DNA of 34,301 bases from a virus, in the IMG/VR virus record IMGVR_UViG_3300025880_000003, positions 1 through 34,301 of that record. One strand, given 5' to 3'. Shown in pieces: positions 22,653 to 30,033 of the stretch; position 1 is the first letter of the stretch, and each line of letters begins with the position of its first letter. The position numbers and the translations under genes were made by a program. The notes below the pieces were generated by a model that was given only the letters and a program-made list of their open reading frames with translations, had not been told where the DNA came from and did not search any database.

Positions 22653-22789
22653 GCAAACTAACCCTAGAACTCGATGAGCGGGACATGGATATTGATTCGT
22701 TGCTCGACATCGTGCGGACCCAAGAGCAGATCTTGGAAACCCTTGAACAAATACTTGAAACGCTCAATAAGACCAGTGCATCGGGGTAG
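22649..22789 (+). CDS. Possible 46-aa coiled-coil peptide (GTG start, GTGA overlap).
   Basis: It is in frame with track ORF 22595-22789. It contains the tandem EQILETLEQILETL. Its 3' end overlaps the convergent endolysin gene by 26 nt. Confidence 0.3.
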   Translation: MSKLTLELDERDMDIDSLLDIVRTQEQILETLEQILETLNKTSASG

Positions 22790-23117
22790 TCTCACGCAAA
22801 TCAACGTGAACGAAAGTCTTGGCAGTGCCCACCCCTGAAAATCCCATTGCAAGCGCATGTTTAACAATAATAAACCGCTGCGCTCCACCGCTAACCGCAA
22901 TATCCGCTGCAATCCCGAGGCAGTGCTGACCCGGCTGAGACTTGTTTATTTCGGCGCTGTGGCTCTGATCACGATACCCTGACGTTATTACGAACGGAAA
23001 GCCGCAAGCGTCTCTGAGGTCATCTAGGGCGTGTACAAACGACTCTTGGATCAGGTTGTTGCCGGTTTCTTTGCAGGCAAACTCTGACAGGTCATTCTTG
23101 AAGTATCGTAGGTTCAT
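22764..23117 (-). CDS. Endolysin, zinc peptidase M15 (D-Ala-D-Ala carboxypeptidase fold) family (117 aa).
   Basis: SGYRDQSHS...GQHCLGIAADI...FVHVDL fits the H..D...H zinc-ligand pattern of M15 peptidases. It follows the holin (ATGA-type overlap). Confidence 0.7.
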   Translation of the reverse strand: MNLRYFKNDLSEFACKETGNNLIQESFVHALDDLRDACGFPFVITSGYRDQSHSAEINKSQPGQHCLGIAADIAVSGGAQRFIIVKHALAMGFSGVGTAKTFVHVDLRETTPMHWSY

Positions 23118-23512
23118 TTGTTGCGATTAACCCCTGAATGCTTTTCAAAGGTCCGCATCCCTCCAAGGCCCAACATGCCCAACAAAACCGGCATCATGGT
23201 CTCCAGAGGTATCAGGGGCACTTCAATCTCGGACCCGGCAAGTGCGAGTACAAAGTTTGCAAAGGGTATGGTAATGAAGTTTCCAAACATACCAAGTACA
23301 CAAACCCAGCCAACAGCAGGACGCCAACCAGATACAAACAAAGATTTATGAGCCGCCTCAACCTTGTTCACCTCCAACTGTTCGCGTGACAGTTCTCTAG
23401 CGTGGTTTTTAGCCATTGTAGCGACTTCGTGCGCTAGGAGTGCCTTCTGGTCCTTGTCCTCAATAAACTTGTCTAGAAGGTTCGTAACTGGCCCTATAAG
23501 CTTGTCAAGCAT
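23114..23512 (-). CDS. Holin candidate, 3-TM GTA-type holin family (132 aa).
   Basis: It has an N-terminal amphipathic region, then WRPAVGWVCVLGMFGNFITIPFANFVLALAG and MMPVLLGMLGLGG hydrophobic segments. It lies directly upstream of the endolysin. Confidence 0.55.
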   Translation of the reverse strand: MLDKLIGPVTNLLDKFIEDKDQKALLAHEVATMAKNHARELSREQLEVNKVEAAHKSLFVSGWRPAVGWVCVLGMFGNFITIPFANFVLALAGSEIEVPLIPLETMMPVLLGMLGLGGMRTFEKHSGVNRNK

Positions 23513-23514
23513 AG

Positions 23515-23949
23515 CTACCTCACAATCGCATATATTATAGTAAAGCAGGCATACAGGCCGACAGCAACCAAGACGCAGCTAACTGCAAGTCCAGCATAAT
23601 GCATTCGCTGGTTAATCTTCTGGGTGTGTGCATTCTTAGCCTCTAGTCTTGCTTTGCGAGCTTTAGCCTGAAACACAATAAAGTCGTCCCACAATCCAGC
23701 CCTGCCGTAATACACCATAAAATCTTGCAGCTCCTGCTCTGCCCGAGCTATCTGCTCCAAAGCCATAAATTCTTCGGCATCAGAGGCAAACAAAGACTTC
23801 TTGTTCTTTTGCTGGCGTGATTTCAGGTCTTCTTTTGCGTTGACCATCTGGCCGATCTGACCAAAGCAATCGTGCAGCTCTCTGCCGTTCGCGATGAAGC
23901 CTTTGACAACCCCGAAGGCGGCATTGAACGCTGCTAATTCAGCAATCAT
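23515..23949 (-). CDS. Membrane-anchored coiled-coil protein (144 aa, C-terminal TM). Possibly lysis-associated.
   Basis: The C-terminal hydrophobic helix is YAGLAVSCVLVAVGLYACFTIIYAIV. It is adjacent to the holin. Confidence 0.4.
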   Translation of the reverse strand: MIAELAAFNAAFGVVKGFIANGRELHDCFGQIGQMVNAKEDLKSRQQKNKKSLFASDAEEFMALEQIARAEQELQDFMVYYGRAGLWDDFIVFQAKARKARLEAKNAHTQKINQRMHYAGLAVSCVLVAVGLYACFTIIYAIVR

Positions 23950-23950
23950 T

Positions 23951-24178
23951 TTAGTCAGATATCAGTTTAGCGCCGATACCGGCCCAAGCAGCCACGCAGA
24001 GGCCAACTACAACCGTACCGACGAACGCCATCGTCCCGTGGTCCGCCGCTTTACGAAGCTTGCGACCAAACCTGAGATCCTCTCGAAACTCCTCGATGGA
24101 TTCGGGCTTGTCAATGTCAACACCTAGAATGGCGAAGACCTTCTTGACAGCCCGATCAGCAGCGTCCTGCTCGTTCAC
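23951..24178 (-). CDS. Small membrane protein (75 aa, C-terminal TM).
   Basis: TMAFVGTVVVGLCVAAWAGIGAKLI. Confidence 0.4.
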   Translation of the reverse strand: MNEQDAADRAVKKVFAILGVDIDKPESIEEFREDLRFGRKLRKAADHGTMAFVGTVVVGLCVAAWAGIGAKLISD

Positions 24179-24519
24179 TACAACCCTTGACCGGGCGTGA
24201 TGTATACCGTGGCAGTACCAGAGGTTGACTTGCCAGTGAAGAAGGCGTCAGGACTAAACCGCAAAACCTCGTCCGTACCCGGGAGCAAAGGAATCGAGGT
24301 TGCCACCGCGCCAGCATTAGCAATCGCATCAGCAGAGGTTGAACCAACGCCCAAGAACACCGTGACGGTGCTGTCGTTGATGATCCTGAACTGACCCGCG
24401 CTAGTGTTAGTCGTGGGGTGAACGGGTGCCTGTAGCGCGGTAGGAGCCGTAGGAGTTGCCGCCGCAAAGGTGATCGTGTCACCCAGTGGCGCAAATGGGA
24501 TTTGTGAACTACTAGCCAT
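24178..24519 (-). CDS. Hypothetical beta-rich protein (113 aa).
   Basis: ORF-track entry, coupled at both ends by 1-nt overlaps. Confidence 0.45.
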   Translation of the reverse strand: MASSSQIPFAPLGDTITFAAATPTAPTALQAPVHPTTNTSAGQFRIINDSTVTVFLGVGSTSADAIANAGAVATSIPLLPGTDEVLRFSPDAFFTGKSTSGTATVYITPGQGL

Positions 24520-24782
24520 TATTCTTCTCCTTCAGCAGCCTGAGCCGCCGCGTATGCAGCCTGTGACTCAGCCGTAAATACAGCTTGTACGATTGCCAAT
24601 ACATCTGGCTCTTCGTTCAAAAAATCATCGCCCGGTGTTACCACTCGACGGTGAAAGTTGCGTGAGATCTCTACGTCATCACGCTTGATGATCGTTGCAG
24701 TACGAACTTGGATTACTGGATAGCCAGCAGCTAGTTGTACTACTTCGATCTTGTCGTTCAATGTTACTTCTGTAAGTGCCAT
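24519..24782 (-). CDS. Hypothetical protein (87 aa).
   Basis: ORF-track entry. Its start context GGAAATAAACATGGCA is identical to that of the 584-aa tailspike gene. Confidence 0.45.
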   Translation of the reverse strand: MALTEVTLNDKIEVVQLAAGYPVIQVRTATIIKRDDVEISRNFHRRVVTPGDDFLNEEPDVLAIVQAVFTAESQAAYAAAQAAEGEE

Positions 24783-24837
24783 GTTTATTTCCTATTTTAT
24801 CGTGGCGAAAGTGCCACCTGTCCACCCGCTAGGGGCA

Positions 24838-26592
24838 TTAAAGATTACCTTCTGAAACCCAAGTTCCAGCATTTCCTGAAACTGTGCAATACCACCCTTT
24901 GGGTTGGCCGACAACAGGCTTGATCTTTTTAATGTATTGACCAGCTACGCCTGTACCATTTACAGGACTTATTTTATGTCTCCTATCACTTGCGTAGTGT
25001 GGGCCAAGATCAGTAACCGCAACTGATTCAGTAGGAACATACCCACCCGAATAAAATGCGCCATATAATCCAGCTGACTGGCTATCCCCAATAATAACCT
25101 GATTACCATAGAACTCTAGACCTGATCCGCCAACTGCCGCAATAGCACACACATTAAAATCTGTATATGCAGATGTATCAGTCTTTGAAAACAAGGATAC
25201 CCTTACAAACTTAGTATCTGGGATATTGATAGTGTCTACTGTTACTAACGAAGCTAACCTGCCCATCTGAAATACTACATCTTCGCCACCTGATGTAAGT
25301 GATCGGACAAACACTGACCACCCTATAACTGTATTAGCGGCAGGAGATCCCATTAATGGAAATACATCTTGATACCATCTTCTATTGCCAGTGGGTGAAG
25401 TAAATTTTTCAATTAACCCTTCTTCAAATGGGCCTGTCCTACTTGGCGCACCTACTACTGTTGCTTGCGTTAGGCCGTCTGTAGTAACAGATGACATATC
25501 GGTACTTTCACTAAAGTAATTAGTAACAGGAAACTCTGACCAAGTTGTTTGATTATCATAAGTAAAGTCACTATTGTTGCAATTAATTAAATTATTGTCT
25601 CCGTAGTCCACCCATAAATTCTTTAGTATGGTATTACTAAGTCCTGTTGTACTAAACTTAACTTTGCAATTATTGGCCGATGCGGTAAGTTCAAGCACCC
25701 TGATCCCGGCACCCATTTCTATTCCATCTACTTCGCAACTCGTTCCTGTAATTTGCACAAGGTAAGTTTTGCTTGCAAGAGCCTCTACACCTAACTGCGT
25801 TACTAGGGGATGAATTATTCTGTTGCGATTACCGCCCAGAATTAAATACGGATTAGTGCTAGATCTTGCAGTACATGACTCAAATCGGGGTTGGATAAAC
25901 GTATTTCCACTACCATCATACAGCTTAGTGCTTGCCATTTGCTCCGAGCCTTCAAATATACAGTTAATGAACGTGCTATCACTCATGCCATTTGTATAAA
26001 GTGGCACAGCGTTATTATCTGTATTGCCACCAAAGAAGTGCATACCAGTAAATGTTTGATTGTTGGAAGTTAACGAAAAGTTTCCTTGAATGCCTACCCC
26101 ATACTGCCTGAAGAAAATATCAGAGAAAGATACACCAAAGGTATTGCTTAAATAAATACCATGCCCAACATCGTTAATTTCAAGCCCTCTAAAACTACCT
26201 GATTTAACATTGGCTAAATAGATTGCGTGGTAATTATTGACCCTATCCCCTGTAATTGACATATCTTCTATCCCAAATGACATGGGTAGTTTTGTAGTAT
26301 TTTGAGCGCCAAGGTCTACATTAATAGCATACGTTCCAGCTAATGATGTATTGTTAGAAATTTGAGTTGATCTTTTCCCTGCCCCTTTAAGGATTATGTT
26401 GTACTGCGTAATTGTAAGCGCACACTTATAAATTCCTATTGGAAAGAAAACAGTGCCTCCAGAGGGAAGCGAGCTGATGGCATTATGAATAGCCGCAGTG
26501 TCATCTGTAGCACCATCGCCAGTAGCGCCAAAGTCAAGCACATTGACTAAAGCCCCTGAGATCATATTGTTTGTTGCTTTAGTTAATGCCAT
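24838..26592 (-). CDS. Tailspike / depolymerase-like protein with a pectate-lyase-superfamily beta-helix (584 aa).
   Basis: The N-terminus VNVLDFGATGDGATDDTAAIHNAI is the Pectate_lyase_3 signature. It has a repetitive beta-helix-like body and is AT-rich. Confidence 0.65.
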   Translation of the reverse strand: MALTKATNNMISGALVNVLDFGATGDGATDDTAAIHNAISSLPSGGTVFFPIGIYKCALTITQYNIILKGAGKRSTQISNNTSLAGTYAINVDLGAQNTTKLPMSFGIEDMSITGDRVNNYHAIYLANVKSGSFRGLEINDVGHGIYLSNTFGVSFSDIFFRQYGVGIQGNFSLTSNNQTFTGMHFFGGNTDNNAVPLYTNGMSDSTFINCIFEGSEQMASTKLYDGSGNTFIQPRFESCTARSSTNPYLILGGNRNRIIHPLVTQLGVEALASKTYLVQITGTSCEVDGIEMGAGIRVLELTASANNCKVKFSTTGLSNTILKNLWVDYGDNNLINCNNSDFTYDNQTTWSEFPVTNYFSESTDMSSVTTDGLTQATVVGAPSRTGPFEEGLIEKFTSPTGNRRWYQDVFPLMGSPAANTVIGWSVFVRSLTSGGEDVVFQMGRLASLVTVDTINIPDTKFVRVSLFSKTDTSAYTDFNVCAIAAVGGSGLEFYGNQVIIGDSQSAGLYGAFYSGGYVPTESVAVTDLGPHYASDRRHKISPVNGTGVAGQYIKKIKPVVGQPKGWYCTVSGNAGTWVSEGNL

Positions 26593-26614
26593 GTTTATTT
26601 CCCTTGAATAAAAT

Positions 26615-27619
26615 TTATACTGCCGTAATGTATGTCAAGCTAACTGCATACTCGTAGGAATTTGTCCATGTAATAGGATTATTGGTTGCACCATTTATCT
26701 GAATGCTAGTGGCTAAACGTCCGTACCAATTATTGCCAGTTATTGCTTCTTCCCTAGCTACTCCAAGGTATACGGCGGTGGCGACTGGTGCAAATGGCAA
26801 GCTGGATATAAACATTTTTCCTGCGGCAGTACCTACATCTGTCAATACAACACCAGCTGTAATCGTCACGCTACGACCTATTTTGGTGTAGGTTCCAGAT
26901 GATGTATACGTTGTTATTGCGCCTGTTTGTGAGGTAGCCGTCGGCGTCCATACACCCTCCTCGTAATCATCGAGCAGCTCAGAGGTGCCAGTGCCAGCGG
27001 TAGCAGAGAAGTCGATGCCTTTGCCAGATGTGCCTATTACTAGGTTGCCAGTGACAAGCTTTACATCTCCACCAGTATTAATGCGAAGCCTCTCACCACC
27101 ACCATTTTTCCACTGGAATTGCCCAACACCAGAATCAGATTCAATAATTAAGGTATCATTGTCATAGCCGCCAACATTTGCTTGTTTTATGAAAAAAGTT
27201 CTAGAACTTCCGTCTCCAAGTTTGGCAATAGTTCCGTTAGATGGTGCGCGAACAAATACATATCCAGTTCCATTAGGCTGAAGATTAATAAGGCCATTGG
27301 TATCAGTACTGCTAATGGTGTTAACAGTTGACTTTATATTCCCAACGGTAGCTTCACCAGTTACGGTTAAATTAACAAAATTACCATCCGCACCACCTTC
27401 AACACGCTGCCATACGGAGCCGTTAAACGCTGCCCAATCGCCTATACCCCAGTTGGTAATACCATCTAGGTCTGTGGCCCCGGCAACGCTGACAACATAG
27501 TAATCGCCCTGAGTACCGACTCCAGACGCAAGGGTCGGAGTGTTGGTGCTTGCGTCCCAAGTGCCTTTGTAATTCAACGCGCCTAACGCGTTTGCAACGG
27601 ATGAGACTGTCTTTAACAT
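26615..27619 (-). CDS. Tail fibre protein (334 aa).
   Basis: The N-terminus YKGTWDASTNTPTLASGVGTQGDYYVVSVAG...GDWAAFNGSVWQRV is a common fibre N-terminal motif. It is Gly/Thr/Ser-rich. Confidence 0.5.
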   Translation of the reverse strand: MLKTVSSVANALGALNYKGTWDASTNTPTLASGVGTQGDYYVVSVAGATDLDGITNWGIGDWAAFNGSVWQRVEGGADGNFVNLTVTGEATVGNIKSTVNTISSTDTNGLINLQPNGTGYVFVRAPSNGTIAKLGDGSSRTFFIKQANVGGYDNDTLIIESDSGVGQFQWKNGGGERLRINTGGDVKLVTGNLVIGTSGKGIDFSATAGTGTSELLDDYEEGVWTPTATSQTGAITTYTSSGTYTKIGRSVTITAGVVLTDVGTAAGKMFISSLPFAPVATAVYLGVAREEAITGNNWYGRLATSIQINGATNNPITWTNSYEYAVSLTYITAV

Positions 27620-27628
27620 TTTATTCTC

Positions 27629-29965
27629 CTAAGATTCTAGTTGCTTAACGCGGTTGGCTAAATACTGAACAGCCGCTACTAATTCTGGCACCAGCTTGCT
27701 GTAGTCAACGCCCTGTGGCTCTATCTCGCCATTACGCATTGCATCCTTTTCTCCCGATACTGCCTTTGGCTTAACGGCCTCTAGTTCGTGAGCAATAACG
27801 CCTATGTCTTGACTGCCATCAGCAATCCACTCAAAGGTTTTGATAGGCCAAGACATTACACTTGCTAATGCGGCTTCACCGTTAACCTCAGACACGTTTG
27901 TTTTTAAACGATAGTCAGAGCTTACGGAATAACTGGTTGCCGTTCCATTGGTAGAAATGCTCCCTACCTGCCCATTGGCGTTATAAAAGGAAAATTTGGT
28001 ATCTGCCGATGTGCCAGCTCCAACCATGTTTATTCTAGTATTGCTGCCAGAACCAGAATCACCAATTTGAATGCCAGCAGTTGTTGTATCAATAACGGTT
28101 TTGCCAACAAGGATTCCATTACCAGTAGTATTTTGAAAAATAGCAAGGCCATTATGATTTATCGAGAAACGATCAACGCCAGTATTTCCATCCCGCTTAG
28201 TTCTAATAGTAAATTTTCCGCCTGTAGTGCCTGATTCTTCAGCAAAGATTGCAGCAGATAGTCCAGCATTGGTATCAGCATAAAAGTCTAACGCTGGCGT
28301 ACCACCAGATGCAAAGTTCTTAATAGCTAAAGCTTTATTGACCGCATACGCATCAGAGATATTACCGTTATGCTCTAGGATAAAATTAGCCGTTCCATTG
28401 TCTACCCATCCACTGTTAGTGGTGACAAATCTGTTTCCAATCACAAGGTTTTGATTAGCACCAGAGTCAATAGTCATCTCAGAAGTTGAATTTGCCTCAG
28501 TGTACAAGCCATAAAAGTTATGACCCCGAGCGTATTGCAGTAATTTAACGCCGTTGCCACCGTTGTTTTGGGCTACCGTTCCGTAAAACTTGTTATCAAT
28601 AGCATTGTAGATCCTAAGACCATCACCACTATTCTGCCTCAAATCCAATTGTGTAGCGGTTCCAGCATTTACATCCGGTACACCTAATGGATATGTAGGA
28701 GATGGGCGGCTGTTTGTATGATGAATGTATAAACCGTGGCCTGTGTTGTAGATTGACATTACATTGTCTAGCCGCCACAGATTTACATTGATAGCATCAT
28801 TGTTATCGTCACCAATTCTAATGCCATCCCCGCCATGCTTGTTTGATTGGATGTTTCTTAAAACAGATCGGCCCCCTAAAACCTGAATACCGTCACCAGT
28901 GTTTCCAGTATCACCCTCAACCTGAAAGTCAGATGCAACACAGTTACCACCAACAATTAAGCCAACACCGTTAAATGATTTTAATATAACAGTGGCCGCT
29001 CTAGCGCCTGTTCCATTTTCAGAAGTGTGTCCAGCGCCTTTTAAAGAGTAGTAGTCAGCAATAGTAATGGTTGAGGTTATCTTGTACACACCAGCGGGCA
29101 TATACACTTGATTCTTCCCAACAGCAAATGCCGCTTGTATAGCCGCAGTATCATCCGTAACCCCATCACCAACAGCACCGAAGTCCTTGACCGATACTGA
29201 CTCTTGCAGCTTGGCCTGTACGCTGGTATTGACCGCGCCAGCACTGCCCTCGTTGTAGCTAACATTGGACGAGTCAACCGTACCCAGCGATGCAATTGAA
29301 AACGTGACCACCTCAATCCCGCTGAGGTTAGGCGGTGCGGTGCTGAAGTTAATCGTGGCACCAGAAACCGTATAGGTGTCCTTCTGCTGGTAAACGCCGT
29401 CGATGTATATCTGCGTGTTGTTCTCAGCGACCGGGGCAGAGGCGAGGTTAAACGCCGTCTGTGCGCCGGTTCCGGTGAAGTTTTGAACTGTTATCGAGCC
29501 GGGTGATGACGGAACCCATGCGGTGCCGGTCCAAACCTTCAGCTCGTTAATCACTGTATTGAAGTACAAATCACCAACCTGTAGCGGTGTGCCGTCATTC
29601 CTAGCAACCGGATCCGTGGCGTGTGCGCCTTGATACTGCGTAATTTCCTCAACATTGTTGGTGACGTTCGTAATCACCGCGCTAGGCGCGTTGTAGACCG
29701 TTACAAGGTTCTTGTTCTGTACCAGAATGGAGTAAGCCGCCCCGGTGTAAACCGCCGCGGGTGAGCCGTCACGGACAACGTAGCCGCCTGACGTTCTTAG
29801 GGGTTGGTCAGCAGGAATCCGAAAGTCCTTGTCCCAAAACGCGGTGGTAGGGGCCGTGATCGGGTCTTGGTACTCTAGCCCAATGTAAACGTAGCCATCA
29901 TTCAACGGCGACCCGTCAGTGTCCGCAAACGTGGGGTATCCGGGTGTTATGCTAATTGCGGTCAT
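27629..29965 (-). CDS. Tailspike with four parts: a P22-type head-binding N-terminal domain, an Ig-like segment, a pectate-lyase beta-helix and a C-terminal peptidase S74 intramolecular chaperone (778 aa).
   Basis: The N-terminus NDGYVYIGLEYQDPITAP...QPLRTSGGYVVRDGSP parallels the P22 tailspike N-terminus. VSVKDFGAVGDGVTDDTAAIQAAF is the beta-helix signature. The C-terminus has SDYRLKTNV...VIAHELEAV...GVDYSKLVPELVAAVQ (S74). Confidence 0.8.
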   Translation of the reverse strand: MTAISITPGYPTFADTDGSPLNDGYVYIGLEYQDPITAPTTAFWDKDFRIPADQPLRTSGGYVVRDGSPAAVYTGAAYSILVQNKNLVTVYNAPSAVITNVTNNVEEITQYQGAHATDPVARNDGTPLQVGDLYFNTVINELKVWTGTAWVPSSPGSITVQNFTGTGAQTAFNLASAPVAENNTQIYIDGVYQQKDTYTVSGATINFSTAPPNLSGIEVVTFSIASLGTVDSSNVSYNEGSAGAVNTSVQAKLQESVSVKDFGAVGDGVTDDTAAIQAAFAVGKNQVYMPAGVYKITSTITIADYYSLKGAGHTSENGTGARAATVILKSFNGVGLIVGGNCVASDFQVEGDTGNTGDGIQVLGGRSVLRNIQSNKHGGDGIRIGDDNNDAINVNLWRLDNVMSIYNTGHGLYIHHTNSRPSPTYPLGVPDVNAGTATQLDLRQNSGDGLRIYNAIDNKFYGTVAQNNGGNGVKLLQYARGHNFYGLYTEANSTSEMTIDSGANQNLVIGNRFVTTNSGWVDNGTANFILEHNGNISDAYAVNKALAIKNFASGGTPALDFYADTNAGLSAAIFAEESGTTGGKFTIRTKRDGNTGVDRFSINHNGLAIFQNTTGNGILVGKTVIDTTTAGIQIGDSGSGSNTRINMVGAGTSADTKFSFYNANGQVGSISTNGTATSYSVSSDYRLKTNVSEVNGEAALASVMSWPIKTFEWIADGSQDIGVIAHELEAVKPKAVSGEKDAMRNGEIEPQGVDYSKLVPELVAAVQYLANRVKQLES

Positions 29966-30033
29966 TCTTTGGCTCCTTCAGAGCGTCTCTAATCCAAGTT
30001 TACGATTTTTTATCTGCTCAATCGATTGTTTTA

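Noticed and set aside
24156-24494. A 112-aa Arg-rich ORF overlapping the 113-aa gene in another frame.
   Set aside because: Its extreme Arg/Leu/Pro content is typical of an off-frame read. The 113-aa frame is coupled to both neighbours.
29077-29361. A 94-aa alternative-frame ORF inside the 778-aa tailspike gene.
   Set aside because: It has no start signals. The main frame carries clear tailspike domains across this region.
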